Shown: in pieces, positions 1-10,533 of the stretch
Layout: every line of letters begins with the position of its first letter
How positions within the stretch are numbered: the stretch's first letter is position 1
Made by a program: the position numbers and the translations under genes
The notes under the pieces: generated by a model
Database searches by the model: none
What the model saw: only the letters and a program-made list of their open reading frames with translations
Told to the model about the DNA's origin: nothing
Source: Candidatus Rokuibacteriota bacterium
GTDB taxonomy: Bacteria; Methylomirabilota; Methylomirabilia; Rokubacteriales; CSP1-6
Assembly: GCA_003220225.1 (NCBI GenBank)
Contig: QHRU01000064.1
Location: 5,966-69,965 of the forward strand
Reading direction: 5' to 3'
Length of the DNA: 64,000 nucleotides

Positions 1-1
1 G

Positions 2-310
2 CTGCGCGAGGGCGTGCCCATCGGCGCCAAGGTCACGCTGCGCGCGGCGCGGATGTACGAGTTCTTCGACCGGCTGGTGAACGTGGCGCTGCCCCGCGTG
101 CGCGACTTCAAGGGCGTGCCGCCCAAGGGGTTCGACGGCCGCGGCAACTACGCGCTCGGGCTGCGCGAGCAGCTCATCTTCCCGGAGATCGTCTACGACA
201 AGATCGACAAGGTCCGCGGCATGGACGTCATCTTCGTGACCACGGCCCGGACCGACGAGGACGCCAAGGCGCTCCTCACGCAGCTCGGCATGCCGTTCAG
301 GGAGCAATAA
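2..310 (+). CDS. rplE: 50S ribosomal protein L5, C-terminal part (5' end outside window)
   Basis: Frame is open from the window edge. [25 protein letters not shown]...[10 protein letters not shown] is the conserved L5 C-terminal half. Followed by S14-S8-L6 in spc operon order. Confidence 0.95.
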   Translation: MREGVPIGAKVTLRAARMYEFFDRLVNVALPRVRDFKGVPPKGFDGRGNYALGLREQLIFPEIVYDKIDKVRGMDVIFVTTARTDEDAKALLTQLGMPFREQ

Positions 311-314
311 GGTT

Positions 315-500
315 ATGGCGAAGACCGCCCTCATCATGAAGTCGCAGAGGACGCCGAAGTTCAAGACGCGCGGCTACCACCGCTGCAAGCTGTGCGGGCG
401 CCCGCGCGCCTTCATCCGCAAGTTCCAGATGTGCCGCCTGTGCTTCCGCGAGCTCGCCCTCAAGGGCGAGGTGCCGGGCATCACGAAGGCGAGCTGGTAG
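315..500 (+). CDS. rpsN: 30S ribosomal protein S14, short zinc-binding type Z (61 aa)
   Basis: [12 protein letters not shown]...[23 protein letters not shown] carries the CxxC...CxxC zinc ribbon. Position is between L5 and S8. Confidence 0.95.
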   Translation: MAKTALIMKSQRTPKFKTRGYHRCKLCGRPRAFIRKFQMCRLCFRELALKGEVPGITKASW

Positions 501-502
501 AC

Positions 503-898
503 ATGCGCAGCGATCCCATCGCCGACCTCCTCACGCGCATCCGGAACGCCAGCCGGGCCGAGCACGAGAAGTGCGACATCCCCTCCAGCAAGCTCAAGGT
601 CCGCATCGCGGAGCTGCTGAAGGAGGAGGGCTTCATCAAGAACTTCCGCGTGCTCGAGGACAAGAAGCAGAACATGCTCCGCGTCTACCTCAAGTACGGC
701 GTCGGCAACGAGAAGATGATCTCCGGGCTCGTGCGGGTGTCCACGCCGGGGCGGCGGATCTACGTCACCCACGACCGGATCCCGTCGATCCTCGCCGGCA
801 TGGGCTGCGCGCTCGTCTCGACGTCCAAGGGCGTGGTGACCGATCGCGAGGCACGCAAGCAGAAGGTCGGCGGCGAAGTCCTCGCCTACGTGTGGTAG
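503..898 (+). CDS. rpsH: 30S ribosomal protein S8
   Basis: ATG at 503, 3 nt after the rpsN stop. [16 protein letters not shown] is the canonical S8 N-terminus. The upstream part of ORF 392..898 is Arg/Pro-rich overlap with rpsN. Confidence 0.95.
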   Translation: MRSDPIADLLTRIRNASRAEHEKCDIPSSKLKVRIAELLKEEGFIKNFRVLEDKKQNMLRVYLKYGVGNEKMISGLVRVSTPGRRIYVTHDRIPSILAGMGCALVSTSKGVVTDREARKQKVGGEVLAYVW

Positions 899-908
899 GG
901 AGCCCGAC

Positions 909-1451
909 ATGTCTCGCATCGGCAAGAAACCCATTCCGATTCCCCAGGGCGTGAAGGTCCAGGTGGGCGAGGGCGTCGTGCGCGCCGAGGGGCCGAAGGG
1001 CAAGCTGAGCCAGCCCATCCCGTCGCCGCTCTCGGCGACGCTCGACGGCGGCGTGCTCGTCATCGGGCGGCCGGACGACGAGCGCAAGATCCGCGCGCTC
1101 CACGGCCTCACGCGCGCCCTGATGGCCAACATGGTGTCCGGCGTGAAGGACGGCTTCGAGCGCAAGCTCGACATCGTGGGCATCGGCTACCGCGCCCAGA
1201 TGCAGGGCAAGTCGATCCAGCTGGCGCTCGGCTACTCGCACCCCGTGATCTTCCCGCTGCCCGACGGCATCACGGCGGAGATCGACAAGCAGACGGCCAT
1301 CACGCTGCGCGGCGCCGACAAGGCGCTGCTCGGCGAGACAGCCGCCAAGCTGCGCGCCCTGCGCAAGCCCGATCCCTACAAGGGCAAGGGCATCCGCTAC
1401 TCCGACGAGTACGTGCGCCGCAAGGTCGGCAAGAAGGCGGGCGCGAAATGA
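909..1451 (+). CDS. rplF: 50S ribosomal protein L6
   Basis: [17 protein letters not shown]... is the typical L6 N-terminus. Operon position fits. Confidence 0.95.
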   Translation: MSRIGKKPIPIPQGVKVQVGEGVVRAEGPKGKLSQPIPSPLSATLDGGVLVIGRPDDERKIRALHGLTRALMANMVSGVKDGFERKLDIVGIGYRAQMQGKSIQLALGYSHPVIFPLPDGITAEIDKQTAITLRGADKALLGETAAKLRALRKPDPYKGKGIRYSDEYVRRKVGKKAGAK

Positions 1452-1813
1452 TCACCCGGGACCGGCGGAGCCCGCGCGACAAGCGCCACTACCGCCTGCG
1501 GCGCTACCTGCGCGGCTCGTCGGCGCGGCCGCGGCTGGCCGTCTTCCGGAGCCTCGGCCACATCTACGCGCAGCTCGTCGACGACGATGCGGGGCGCACG
1601 ATGCTGGCGGTGGACAGCCGCAGCAAGACGTTTCTCGAGCAGCACAAGACCGGCGGCAACGTGGCCGCCGCCAAGGCGGTCGGCACGCTGCTGGCCGAGA
1701 AGGCCAAGGCGGCCGGCGTCAAGAGCGTCGTGTTCGATCGCGGCGGCTACAAGTACCACGGCCGGGTGAAGGCGCTGGCGGATGCCGCGCGCGCCGGCGG
1801 CCTCACCTTCTAA
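1448..1813 (+). CDS. rplR: 50S ribosomal protein L18
   Basis: ATGA overlap with rplF. ...[18 protein letters not shown]...[22 protein letters not shown] is an L18 signature. Confidence 0.95.
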   Translation: MITRDRRSPRDKRHYRLRRYLRGSSARPRLAVFRSLGHIYAQLVDDDAGRTMLAVDSRSKTFLEQHKTGGNVAAAKAVGTLLAEKAKAAGVKSVVFDRGGYKYHGRVKALADAARAGGLTF

Positions 1814-1834
1814 ACGGAGCAGGGGGAGAACCGA

Positions 1835-2371
1835 GTGGCCGAAACGAGGATCGATGCGAGCGTGCTGGAGCTGAACGACCGCGTGGTCTCCATCAACCGC
1901 GTGGCCAAGGTCGTCAAGGGCGGCCGCCGCTTCTCGTTCACGGCGCTGGTCGTCGTGGGCGACGGGCGCGGCCACGTGGGCGTGGGGCTGGGCAAGGCCC
2001 ACGAAGTGCCGGAGGCCATCCGCAAGGCGGTCGAGCACGCGAAGAAGGACCTGATCTTCGTGCCGCTGCGCGACACCACGATTCCCATCGAGATCACCGG
2101 CCACTTCGGGGCCGGGCGGGTGTTCCTCAAGCCCGCGGTGCCGGGGACGGGTGTCATCGCGGGCGGCGCCGTCCGGCCCGTGCTGGAGGCCGTCGGCATC
2201 CAGGACATCCTGACCAAGACGCTCGGGACCAACAATCCCCACAACGTGCTGAAGGCGACGATCGATGCGCTTCGACACATCAAGCGGCTGCAAGACCTGC
2301 ACGCCGCGCGTCGCAAGGGCGCCGCCGATGGCGGCGTGGAGGAGACGGCCGGTGCCCGGCAAGAAGCTTAG
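1835..2371 (+). CDS. rpsE: 30S ribosomal protein S5
   Basis: ...[38 protein letters not shown]... is the S5 dsRBD motif. Confidence 0.95.
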   Translation: MAETRIDASVLELNDRVVSINRVAKVVKGGRRFSFTALVVVGDGRGHVGVGLGKAHEVPEAIRKAVEHAKKDLIFVPLRDTTIPIEITGHFGAGRVFLKPAVPGTGVIAGGAVRPVLEAVGIQDILTKTLGTNNPHNVLKATIDALRHIKRLQDLHAARRKGAADGGVEETAGARQEA

Positions 2372-2543
2372 GATCACGCTGACGAGGTCCCTGATCGGTC
2401 TGTCCCCCACGCAGGAGGCGACGGTGAAGGCCCTCGGCCTGCGCCGCATGCACCAGTCCGTCGAGCACGACGACACGCCGACGATCCGCGGTATGGTCGC
2501 GGCCGTGCCGCACGTGCTGCAGGTGAGCCATGAAGCTCAGTGA
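2352..2543 (+). CDS. rpmD: 50S ribosomal protein L30
   Basis: GTG at 2352 gives (M)[37 protein letters not shown] (63 aa), L30-like. The upstream part of ORF 2265..2543 overlaps rpsE. The exact start is an inference. Confidence 0.85.
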   Translation: MPGKKLRITLTRSLIGLSPTQEATVKALGLRRMHQSVEHDDTPTIRGMVAAVPHVLQVSHEAQ

Positions 2544-3000
2544 CCTGCGTCCGGCGCCCGGCGCCACGAAGAAGCGCAAGCGCGTCGGCCGCGGCCCGGG
2601 GTCTGGTCACGGCAAGACCTCGACCAAGGGCAACAAAGGCCACAACGCGCGCTCCGGCGGCGGCAAGCACGGCGGCTTCGAGGGTGGGCAGATGCCGCTG
2701 TATCGGCGGCTGCCCAAGCGCGGCTTCCTGCCGTACGGAGGCCGCGAGGACTACGCGATCGTGAATCTGAAGTCGCTGGGCTCGTTCGCCGCCAATGCCG
2801 TGGTCGACCCCGAGGGCCTCGTGAAGGCGGGGCTGATCAAGAACGGCGAGCGCGGGCTCGTCAAGGTGCTCGGCGGCGGCGAGGTCGGGCACGCGCTGAC
2901 CGTGCGGGTCCACGCCGTGAGCGAGTCCGCCAAGGCGAAGATCGAGGCCAAGGGCGGTCGCGTGGAAGTCCTGGACGTCAAGAAGGTGTCGGCTTCGTGA
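2530..3000 (+). CDS. rplO: 50S ribosomal protein L15
   Basis: [31 protein letters not shown]... is the canonical L15 N-terminus. Confidence 0.95.
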   Translation: MKLSDLRPAPGATKKRKRVGRGPGSGHGKTSTKGNKGHNARSGGGKHGGFEGGQMPLYRRLPKRGFLPYGGREDYAIVNLKSLGSFAANAVVDPEGLVKAGLIKNGERGLVKVLGGGEVGHALTVRVHAVSESAKAKIEAKGGRVEVLDVKKVSAS

Positions 3001-4322
3001 TCGAAGGGCTCGCGAGCTTCCAGAACGTCTTCAAGATCCCCGAGCTGAAGCGCCGCGTCCTCATCACGGCCGGCCTGCTCATCGCCTACCGGATCGGCGC
3101 CCACGTGCCGACGCCCGGCATCGACGGCCACGCGCTCGCGCGCGTGTTCGACCAGGCGCAGAACACGCTGCTCGGCATGGTCGACCTCTTCTCCGGCGGC
3201 AACCTCCGCCGGCTGTCGATCTTCGCGCTCGGCATCATGCCGTACATCTCGGCCTCGATCATCCTGCAGCTGCTCACCGTGGTGATCCCCGCCCTGGAGC
3301 GGCTGGCCAAGGAGGGCGAGGCCGGGCGCAAGAAGATCACGCAGTACACGCGCTACGGCACGATCGTGCTCTCGATCGTGCAGTCCCTCGGCATCGCCTA
3401 CGGCCTGGAGTCCATGAAGCCGGACGGCGTCGCCATCGTGCCGAATCCCGGCTGGGGCTTCCGCCTGCTCACGATGATCACGCTCACCGCCGGCACCGCG
3501 CTGATCATGTGGATCGGCGAGCAGATCTCGGAGAAGGGCGTCGGCAACGGCATCTCGCTGATCATCTTCGCGGGCATCGCCGTGCGCCTGCCCTCGGCCA
3601 TCGCCGCCTCCTACACCCTCATCGTCAACCGCGAGCTGAGCCTGTTCACCTTCGTGATCATCGTGGCGGCCATGGTGGCGGTGACCGCCGCCGTCGTGCT
3701 GATGCAGGAGGGGCAGCGCAAGATCCCCGTCCAGTACGCGAAACGCGTGGTGGGGCGGCGCGTCTACGGCGGGCAGTCCACGCACATCCCGCTGCGCATC
3801 AACACGGCCGGCGTCATCCCGGTGATCTTCGCGTCGTCGCTGATCCTGTTCCCGGCCACCCTCACGCGCTTCGTGCCGCACCCGTGGATGCAGACGATCT
3901 CCGACGCGCTGTCGCCCGGGCGGCTGACCTACACGCTGCTCTACATGGGCCTGATCGTCTTCTTCACGTACTTCTACACGGCGATCGTCTTCAACCCGAT
4001 CGACCTCGCCGACAACATGAAGAAGTACGGCGGCTTCATCCCCGGCGTGCGGCCGGGCAAGAAGACCGCCGAGTACATCGACCGGACGCTCACGCGCATC
4101 ACGCTGCCCGGCGCCCTCTTCCTGGCCCTGATCTCCGTGCTGCCGGACATGCTCATCCGCTGGTTCAACGTGCCGTTCTACTTCGGCGGCACGAGCCTCC
4201 TGATCGTGGTGGGCGTCGCGCTCGACACCGTGCGGCAGATGGAGTCGCACCTGCTCATGCGCAACTACGAAGGCTTCCTCAAGAAGTCCCGAACGCGGTC
4301 GGGCGCGTTCTCGAGGAGCTGA
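2997..4322 (+). CDS. secY: Preprotein translocase subunit SecY
   Basis: 441 aa, ten-TM-like hydrophobic pattern. ...LFSGGNLRRLSIFALGIMPYISASIILQLL... is a SecY signature. GTGA overlap with rplO. Confidence 0.95.
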   Translation: MIEGLASFQNVFKIPELKRRVLITAGLLIAYRIGAHVPTPGIDGHALARVFDQAQNTLLGMVDLFSGGNLRRLSIFALGIMPYISASIILQLLTVVIPALERLAKEGEAGRKKITQYTRYGTIVLSIVQSLGIAYGLESMKPDGVAIVPNPGWGFRLLTMITLTAGTALIMWIGEQISEKGVGNGISLIIFAGIAVRLPSAIAASYTLIVNRELSLFTFVIIVAAMVAVTAAVVLMQEGQRKIPVQYAKRVVGRRVYGGQSTHIPLRINTAGVIPVIFASSLILFPATLTRFVPHPWMQTISDALSPGRLTYTLLYMGLIVFFTYFYTAIVFNPIDLADNMKKYGGFIPGVRPGKKTAEYIDRTLTRITLPGALFLALISVLPDMLIRWFNVPFYFGGTSLLIVVGVALDTVRQMESHLLMRNYEGFLKKSRTRSGAFSRS

Positions 4323-4325
4323 GGG

Positions 4326-4979
4326 GTGCGCGTCGCCTTCCTCGGTCCGCCTGGCGCCGGCAAAGGCACCCAGGCCCGCGAGCTCGCCCGCGAGTGGGGC
4401 GTGCCGCACGTGGCCACCGGGGACATGCTGCGCGAGGCGGCGAGCGCCGGCACGCCGCTCGGCCGCGAGGCCAAGGCCTACATGGACACGGGCGCGCTGG
4501 TGCCGGACGACGTCATCATCCGGATGATCGCCGAGCGCCTGCGCCGGCCCGACGCGCGCAAGGGGTTCCTCCTCGACGGCTTCCCGCGCACGATCGCGCA
4601 GGCGGAGGGACTCGAGCGCCTGCTCGAGGATCTCGGCCAGCCCCTCGAGCGCGTCGTGTACTTCGAGGTGTCGGAGCCGGAGCTGCTGCGGCGCCTCACC
4701 GGGCGCCGCGTCTGCCGCGCCTGCCAGACCGCGTTCCACATGGTGTCGGCGCCCCCGAGGTCGCCCGGCGTCTGCGACCGCTGCGGCGGCGAGCTCTACC
4801 AGCGCGAGGACGACAGCGAGGCGACCGTGCGCCACCGGCTCGGCGTGTACGCGCGGCAGACGGCGCCGCTGCTCGACTGGTACCGCGGTCGCGGCATGCT
4901 CGTCTCCGTGCCCGGCGAGGGACCGATCGAGACGATCCGCGGCGCCGTGCGCGGGGCGGCGGCGGGGGCGCGAGCGTGA
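4326..4979 (+). CDS. adk: Adenylate kinase (Cys4 zinc lid)
   Basis: MRVAFLGPPGAGKGTQA P-loop. Lid has CRACQ...CDRCGG. Confidence 0.95.
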   Translation: MRVAFLGPPGAGKGTQARELAREWGVPHVATGDMLREAASAGTPLGREAKAYMDTGALVPDDVIIRMIAERLRRPDARKGFLLDGFPRTIAQAEGLERLLEDLGQPLERVVYFEVSEPELLRRLTGRRVCRACQTAFHMVSAPPRSPGVCDRCGGELYQREDDSEATVRHRLGVYARQTAPLLDWYRGRGMLVSVPGEGPIETIRGAVRGAAAGARA

Positions 4980-5749
4980 TCGAGCTGAAGTCCGCCCGCG
5001 AGCTCGGTCTCATGCGCACGGCCGGCCACGTGCTGTCCGACGTCGTCGCGCACCTGCGCGGGTTCGTGAAGCCGGGCATGTCGACGCTCGAGATCGACGA
5101 GGATGTGGAGGCGTTCATCGCGGCGCGGGGCGCGAAACCTGCGTTCAAAGGGTATCGAGGGTTCCCCGCGACCGTGTGCATTTCGATCAACGACGAAGTC
5201 GTCCACGGCATTCCGTCGTCGCACCGGCGGATCAAGGAAGGCGATATCGTCGGCCTGGACCTCGGGTGTATCGTGGACGGGTACTACGCGGACTGCGCGT
5301 TCACCCTCGCGATCGGCGACGTGCCCCCGAAGGTGCAGCAGTTGCTCGACGTCACCCGCGAGAGCCTCGATCAGGCCATCCAGGAGTGCCGGCCGGGCCG
5401 GCGCCTCTCCGACGTCTCGCACGCGGTCCAGGCGCACGTGGAGCGGCACGGCTTCTCGGTCGTGCGGGCGTTCGTCGGCCACGGTATCGGTCGCGCGCTG
5501 CACGAGGATCCCCAGGTGCCGAACTTCGGCGACCCGGGGCGCGGGCCGCAGCTGCGGCCGGGCATGGTGCTGGCGATCGAGCCGATGGTCACGATGGGAA
5601 GCTGGGAAGTGAAGGTTCTCGACGACGGCTGGACGGCGGTGACGAGGGACGGCAGCCTGGCCGCCCACTTCGAGCACACGATCGCCGTCACCGAGACGGA
5701 GCCCGAGGTCCTGACGAGCCGGACGGGCCGCTCCGTCCAGGTGGCGTGA
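4976..5749 (+). CDS. map: Type I methionine aminopeptidase
   Basis: GTGA overlap with adk. (M)[18 protein letters not shown]...[14 protein letters not shown]...GYYADCAFT...FVGHGIG...HFEHTIAVT carries the MetAP metal ligands. The long upstream part of ORF 3509..5749 is an Arg-rich artefact. Confidence 0.93.
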   Translation: MIELKSARELGLMRTAGHVLSDVVAHLRGFVKPGMSTLEIDEDVEAFIAARGAKPAFKGYRGFPATVCISINDEVVHGIPSSHRRIKEGDIVGLDLGCIVDGYYADCAFTLAIGDVPPKVQQLLDVTRESLDQAIQECRPGRRLSDVSHAVQAHVERHGFSVVRAFVGHGIGRALHEDPQVPNFGDPGRGPQLRPGMVLAIEPMVTMGSWEVKVLDDGWTAVTRDGSLAAHFEHTIAVTETEPEVLTSRTGRSVQVA

Positions 5750-5756
5750 GAGGCGC

Positions 5757-5975
5757 ATGCCCAAAGAAGACGCGATCGAGGTCGAGGGCACCGTCGTGGA
5801 GCCGCTGCCGAACGCGATGTTCCGCGTGGAGCTGGAGAGCGGCCACCGCGTGCTCGCGCACGTGAGCGGCAAGATGCGCATGAACTTCATCCGCATCCTG
5901 CCGGGGGACCGCGTGAAGGTCGAGCTGTCGCCGTACGACCTCACACGGGGCCGGATCACGTACCGGTTCAAGTAG
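5757..5975 (+). CDS. infA: Translation initiation factor IF-1
   Basis: [72 protein letters not shown] is near-consensus IF-1. Confidence 0.96.
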   Translation: MPKEDAIEVEGTVVEPLPNAMFRVELESGHRVLAHVSGKMRMNFIRILPGDRVKVELSPYDLTRGRITYRFK

Positions 5976-5985
5976 GAGCGAGGAG

Positions 5986-6099
5986 ATGAAGGTCCGACCG
6001 TCGGTCAAGGTGCGCTGCGAGCACTGCAAGATCGTCAAGCGGCGCGGGGTCGTGCGGATCATCTGCAAGAATCCGCGGCACAAGCAGCGGCAGGGGTAG
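5986..6099 (+). CDS. rpmJ: 50S ribosomal protein L36 (37 aa, zinc form); absent from the ORF track because it is short
   Basis: My translation: ATG 5986 gives [37 protein letters not shown], then TAG at 6097-6099. SD GGAGCGAGGAG lies upstream. Expected position is between infA and rpsM. Confidence 0.92.
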   Translation: MKVRPSVKVRCEHCKIVKRRGVVRIICKNPRHKQRQG

Positions 6100-6104
6100 A
6101 GAGA

Positions 6105-6210
6105 ACTTCGGAGGGGGCCCGGGTGGCCCCCTCCGATGCCTCCCCCAGGACATAGACACAACAGGATTGCGCCGGCGAAGCCGGCGCTCGAACGGGCGCG
6201 AGGAGAGACC
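6105..6210 (+). repeat. Dispersed intergenic element family A, copy 1 (two GC-rich hairpins; partner copy 56917-57029)
   Basis: ACTTCGGAGGGGGCC-CGGGT-GGCCCCCTCCGATGCCTCCCCCAGGA...ATTGCGCCGGCGAAGCCGGCGCTCGAA...CGCGAGGAGA. Stems at 6109-6119/6125-6135 and 6169-6176/6180-6187. Aligns block for block with the sequence upstream of dnaK. Confidence 0.8.
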
Positions 6211-6639
6211 ATGGCGAGAGTGGCGGGTGTGGATCTGCCGAGGGAGAAGCGGGGGGAGATTGCGGTCACGTACATCTACGGGATCGGCAAGCCCACCGCG
6301 ATCAACATCCTCAAGAAGGCCAACATCGACGGCAACAAGCGGGTCAAGGCGTGGACGGACGAGGAGACGGCGCGGGTGCGCGAGATCATCGAGCGCGAGC
6401 TGAAGGTCGAGGGCGACCTGCGGCGCGAGATCTCGATGAACGTCAAGCGCCTCATGGACATCGGCTCCTACCGCGGCATCCGCCACCGCCGCGGCCTGCC
6501 GGTGCGCGGCCAGCGCACCCACACCAACGCCCGCACGCGGAAGGGCAAGACCCGGGGCGTCATGGTCAAGAAGAAGCCGGTGGCGGCGGCGGCGCCGGCC
6601 GCGCCGGCCGCGGCGGCGGCCCCGAAGGCGGGAGCGTAA
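6211..6639 (+). CDS. rpsM: 30S ribosomal protein S13 with Ala/Pro-rich C-terminal tail
   Basis: [30 protein letters not shown] is the canonical S13 start, with SD GAGGAGAG 5 nt upstream. The MPPPG... extension in ORF 6136..6639 is a translated repeat element. Confidence 0.95.
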   Translation: MARVAGVDLPREKRGEIAVTYIYGIGKPTAINILKKANIDGNKRVKAWTDEETARVREIIERELKVEGDLRREISMNVKRLMDIGSYRGIRHRRGLPVRGQRTHTNARTRKGKTRGVMVKKKPVAAAAPAAPAAAAAPKAGA

Positions 6640-6642
6640 ATC

Positions 6643-7056
6643 ATGGCGGAGCAGACCCAGGGCAAGCCGGCCCCGCGCAAGAAGGGCGGCAAGCGCAAGG
6701 AGCGGCGCGAGGTACGCACGGGCGTCGCCCACATCCAGGCGACGTTCAACAACACGATCGTCACGCTCACCGACAAGACGGGCAACGTGGTGTCGTGGTC
6801 GAGCGCCGGCAGCGCGGGCTTCAAGGGCTCCCGCAAGTCGACGCCGTTCGCGGCGCAGACGGCGGCCGAGCTGGCCGCGCGCAAGGCGATGGAGCACGGG
6901 CTCAAGCAGATCGAGGTCTTCGTGCGCGGGCCGGGCGCCGGCCGCGAGGCGGCCATCCGCTCGCTGCAGGCGGTGGGCCTCGAGATCACCGCGATCCGCG
7001 ACGTCACGCCGATCCCGCACGACGGGTGCCGCCCGCCGAAGCGGCGGCGGGTGTAG
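6643..7056 (+). CDS. rpsK: 30S ribosomal protein S11
   Basis: ...[46 protein letters not shown]... is an S11 signature. Confidence 0.95.
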   Translation: MAEQTQGKPAPRKKGGKRKERREVRTGVAHIQATFNNTIVTLTDKTGNVVSWSSAGSAGFKGSRKSTPFAAQTAAELAARKAMEHGLKQIEVFVRGPGAGREAAIRSLQAVGLEITAIRDVTPIPHDGCRPPKRRRV

Positions 7057-7065
7057 GGGGCGACG

Positions 7066-7689
7066 ATGGCGCGATACCGCGACGCGAAGTGCCGGCTGTG
7101 CCGGCGCGAGGGTCAGAAGCTGTTTCTCAAGGGCGCGCGCTGCTTCACCGACAAGTGCGCGATCGAGCGGCGCAACTACCCGCCGGGCCAGCACGGCCTG
7201 AACCGCGGCAAGCTCACGCCGTACGGCATCCAGCTCCGGGAGAAGCAGAAGGCCAAGCGGATCTACGGCGTGCTGGAGTCGCAGTTCCGCAAGTACTTCC
7301 AGTGGGCGGAGCGGGAAAAGGGTGTGACCGGCGAGAATCTGCTGCGGCTGCTCGAGCTGCGCCTGGACAACGTCGTCCACCGTCTCGGCTTCGCCGCCTC
7401 GCGGCGCGAGTCCCGGCAGATGGTGGCCCACGGCCACTTCGCGGTCAACGGCCGCAAGGCCTCGGTGCCGTCCATGCTCCTGAAGGTGGGCGACGTGGTT
7501 CAGCTGCGCCCGACGTCGAAGATGGCCGCCCGCCTGGACGACAACGTCAACGCCGGCCGTGGGCAGCTGCCGCAGTGGCTGGAGATCGAGCCGAACGAGC
7601 GCAAGGGCGTGGTCCGGAGCCTCCCGCTCCGCGAAGACATCCAGATTCCCGTCAGCGAACAGCTCATCGTCGAGCTGTACAGCAAGTAG
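7066..7689 (+). CDS. rpsD: 30S ribosomal protein S4
   Basis: [36 protein letters not shown] is the S4 N-terminal Zn-finger-like region, followed by an S4 RNA-binding domain. Confidence 0.95.
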   Translation: MARYRDAKCRLCRREGQKLFLKGARCFTDKCAIERRNYPPGQHGLNRGKLTPYGIQLREKQKAKRIYGVLESQFRKYFQWAEREKGVTGENLLRLLELRLDNVVHRLGFAASRRESRQMVAHGHFAVNGRKASVPSMLLKVGDVVQLRPTSKMAARLDDNVNAGRGQLPQWLEIEPNERKGVVRSLPLREDIQIPVSEQLIVELYSK

Positions 7690-7702
7690 GAGCCGACCCG
7701 CG

Positions 7703-8689
7703 ATGCCGCGTATTCCGTTCCAGAAGCCGAAGAAGGTCGAGTGGGAGATCCTGAGCGACCGCTACGGCCGCCTCGTGGCCGAGCCCTTCGAGAAGGGCTA
7801 TGCCCTCACCGTCGGCAACTCGCTCCGGCGCACGCTGCTGTCGATCGTGCCGGGGGCGGCGGTGTCGTGGGTGAAAGTCGACGGCGTCCGCACCGCTGAC
7901 ACGAAGATCCCCGGCGTCACCGAGAGCACGGTGGACGTGCTGCTCAACCTCAAGAAGCTCTCGGTGCAGGTGCCGTCGCAGGAGCCGCGCGTCATCCGCC
8001 TCGAGGTGACCGGGCCCAAGACGGTCAAGGGCGAGGACGTGCCCGAGACCGAGGTCGAGATCATGAACCCCGAGGTGATGCTGTTCACGGTCGAGTCCGG
8101 CGCCCGCGTCAGCATGGAGCTGGGCATCGGCGTCGGCCGCGGCTACGAGGCGGCCGATCACAAGCGGGAGGCGCCGTCGGGCGCCCTCGTGGTGGACGCG
8201 GCGTTCTCGCCGATCACCCGCGTCGCCTACAACGTGGAGATGTCGCGCCTCGGCAAGATCACCGACTACGAGAAGCTCGTGGTCGAGGTCTGGACCGACG
8301 GCTCGGTCAGCCCCGACGACGCGCTCACCCGCGCCTCGACGTTCCTGCGCGACCACTTCGCGCCGCTGACGACGGGCGCGCCGGAGGAGGACGAGGAGGC
8401 CGAGGCGGCGTCCGGCGAGGCGTACCTCCGGGAGACGCTCGGCAAGACGCTCGAGGAGCTGGCCCTGCCCGCGCGCGCCATCAACGCGCTCAAGGGCGCC
8501 GACATGCACCTGGTCGCCGATCTCGTCCAGAAGAGCGAGACCGACCTCGTCGACGTCAAGAACCTGGGCGAGAAGTCCATCGACGAGATCAAGACGGCGC
8601 TGGCCGCGCTGGGGCTCTCCCTCGGCATGCGCATCGACCCGAACGTCCTCGGCGCGCTCGGGCGGGGAGCGGCGGGGGGACTCCGATGA
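7703..8689 (+). CDS. rpoA: DNA-directed RNA polymerase subunit alpha
   Basis: ATG 7703. [47 protein letters not shown] is the alpha NTD. C-terminal ...[44 protein letters not shown] is the alpha CTD helix-hairpin-helix. Confidence 0.95.
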   Translation: MPRIPFQKPKKVEWEILSDRYGRLVAEPFEKGYALTVGNSLRRTLLSIVPGAAVSWVKVDGVRTADTKIPGVTESTVDVLLNLKKLSVQVPSQEPRVIRLEVTGPKTVKGEDVPETEVEIMNPEVMLFTVESGARVSMELGIGVGRGYEAADHKREAPSGALVVDAAFSPITRVAYNVEMSRLGKITDYEKLVVEVWTDGSVSPDDALTRASTFLRDHFAPLTTGAPEEDEEAEAASGEAYLRETLGKTLEELALPARAINALKGADMHLVADLVQKSETDLVDVKNLGEKSIDEIKTALAALGLSLGMRIDPNVLGALGRGAAGGLR

Positions 8690-9162
8690 GGCACGGCAAG
8701 AACACCTACAAGCTCGGACGGCTCACCCAACACCGCTGGGCGCTCTTCCGCAACCTCCTGGTCGCCCTGTTCCGCCACGAGCGGATCACGACGACCGAGG
8801 CCAAGGCCAAGGCCGTGCGCGGCGCCGCCGAGCACATGATCACGCTGGCCAAGCGCGAGGACCTCCACGCGCGGCGCCAGGTGCTGACGATGGTGCCCGA
8901 CGCCGAGGTGGTCGGCACCCTCTTCGACACGATCGCCGCTCGCTTCTCGGATCGCAACGGCGGCTACACGCGCATCATCAAGACGGGACGGCGCCCGGGC
9001 GACAACGCGCCGATGGTCATCCTCGAGCTGGTGGACCGCGTCGAGGGCGGCAAGGCGCGCAAGGACGGCGCCGAGAAGAAGGAAAAGGCGCCGAAGGCCG
9101 AGGGCGGGACGGCGGCCAAGGGCAAGAAGAAGAAAGACAAGGCCGCAGCCGCCTCCGCGTGA
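8686..9162 (+). CDS. rplQ: 50S ribosomal protein L17 with Lys/Ala-rich C-terminal extension
   Basis: [42 protein letters not shown] is an L17 signature. ATGA overlap with rpoA. Confidence 0.95.
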   Translation: MRHGKNTYKLGRLTQHRWALFRNLLVALFRHERITTTEAKAKAVRGAAEHMITLAKREDLHARRQVLTMVPDAEVVGTLFDTIAARFSDRNGGYTRIIKTGRRPGDNAPMVILELVDRVEGGKARKDGAEKKEKAPKAEGGTAAKGKKKKDKAAAASA

Positions 9163-10526
9163 CGATGTCCCGGCGCCTCCGCGCGGCGGCGCTGGCTGCG
9201 CTGCTCGCCGCATGCGCGGGCGTGGGCGGCGAGCCGCGTGGCGACCGTGCCCCGATCGATCACGTCGTCGTCCTCTTCCTCGAGAATCGTTCCTTCGATC
9301 ATCTCTTCGGGACGTACCCGGGCGCGGACGGGCTCGCCAACTACAAGGGCCGACAGGCGGACAAGAGCGGCGCGACCTACGCGACCCTGCCGCCGCCGCT
9401 CGGCCGCGACGGCAAGCCGGATCCGCGGTTCGCGGGCGACCTGCCGAACGCGCCGTTCCCCCTCCTGCGCTTCGTGCAGCCCTTCGACCTGACGAACAAT
9501 CCGGTCCACCGCTTCTATCACATGCAGCGGCAGTACGCCGCCGGCGCCGACGGCGTCCCGATGGGCAAGTGGGTGGCGGAGGGCACGAGCGGCGGCATCA
9601 CGATGGGCTTCTACGACCGCGCGGCCAGCCCCGTGCAGTGGCGGCTGGCCGACGAGTTCGTGCTGCTCGACCGGTACTTCCAGTCGATCCACGGCGGCTC
9701 GTTCGCCAATCACTACTTCCTGATCACGGCGGCCGTTGCCCACGTCGCCGACGATCCCGAGTACCGCGCGGTGGCCGGACCCGACGGGTCGATCACGAAG
9801 GACGGCGAGGTGAGCTCCGACGGCTTCGTCGTCAACAACCTCGACCCGCCGTACCCGCCGCAGCGGGTCAAGACGGTCATGAAGCAGCCGCTCACGCAGC
9901 CGACCATCGGCGACCGGCTCGACGCCAGGGGCGTGTCGTGGCGCTGGTACGCGGGCGGCTGGAGCGCCGGCAAGGACGCCGTGGCGGCCGGGCTCATGCC
10001 GCATCACAATCCCTTCCAGTACGTGAAGCGGATCATGGACACGCCGGAGGGCCGCGAGCGGATCCGCGACGCCTCCGAGTTTCCCACCGCGCTGCGCGAC
10101 GGCACGCTGCCCGCGGTCGCCTTCGTCAAGCCGCACGCCCCGCGCAACGCGCACCCCGCGTACTCCACCGTCGGCGCCGGCGACCTCTGGATCGGCGAGA
10201 CCGTGCGCGAGATCATGGCCAGCCGCTACTGGCCACGCATCGCCGTGGTCGTCACCTACGACGAGGGCGGCGGCTGGTTCGATCACGTGCGTCCGCCCGT
10301 GGTGGATCGCTTCGGCCTCGGCACGCGGGTGCCGGCCCTGATCGTGTCGCCGTACGCTCGCCGCGGCGTCATCGCGCACGGGCAGTACGAGCACGCCTCC
10401 GTGCTGAAATTCGTCGAATGGCGCTGGGACCTCGCACCGCTCACCGTGCGCGACCGCGATGCCGCCGCGTTCCTCGAGGCCTTCGACTTCGCGCAGGCTC
10501 CGCGGCCGCCCGTCGCGCTGCCGTAG
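9159..10526 (+). CDS. Phosphoesterase family protein (phospholipase C / acid phosphatase AcpA-like), lipoprotein signal
   Basis: N-terminal ...[10 protein letters not shown] lipobox. [23 protein letters not shown] and ...[16 protein letters not shown]... are typical of the phosphoesterase (PF04185-type) family. The start (GTG 9159 or ATG 9165) overlaps the rplQ stop. Confidence 0.8.
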   Translation: MTMSRRLRAAALAALLAACAGVGGEPRGDRAPIDHVVVLFLENRSFDHLFGTYPGADGLANYKGRQADKSGATYATLPPPLGRDGKPDPRFAGDLPNAPFPLLRFVQPFDLTNNPVHRFYHMQRQYAAGADGVPMGKWVAEGTSGGITMGFYDRAASPVQWRLADEFVLLDRYFQSIHGGSFANHYFLITAAVAHVADDPEYRAVAGPDGSITKDGEVSSDGFVVNNLDPPYPPQRVKTVMKQPLTQPTIGDRLDARGVSWRWYAGGWSAGKDAVAAGLMPHHNPFQYVKRIMDTPEGRERIRDASEFPTALRDGTLPAVAFVKPHAPRNAHPAYSTVGAGDLWIGETVREIMASRYWPRIAVVVTYDEGGGWFDHVRPPVVDRFGLGTRVPALIVSPYARRGVIAHGQYEHASVLKFVEWRWDLAPLTVRDRDAAAFLEAFDFAQAPRPPVALP

Positions 10527-10533
10527 CCTCGTC

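Noticed and set aside
2751-4835. 694-aa ORF on the minus strand opposite secY/adk. The same applies to 374..1183, 1397..2476, 5968..7437 and the upstream part of 3509..5749.
   Set aside because: Arg/Gly/Asp/His-rich low-complexity translations lie antisense or out of frame to unmistakable ribosomal and secY genes. This is the expected stop-codon-poor shadow-ORF artefact of very GC-rich DNA.
6136-6210. N-terminal extensions MPPPGHRH... on rpsM and MPPPGLRR... on dnaK (56970..57029) in the ORF track, which look like a shared domain.
   Set aside because: They are the same intergenic repeat (family A) translated in frame. The conserved protein N-termini ([17 protein letters not shown]) begin at 6211 and 57030, each with an SD (GAGGAGA) at correct spacing.
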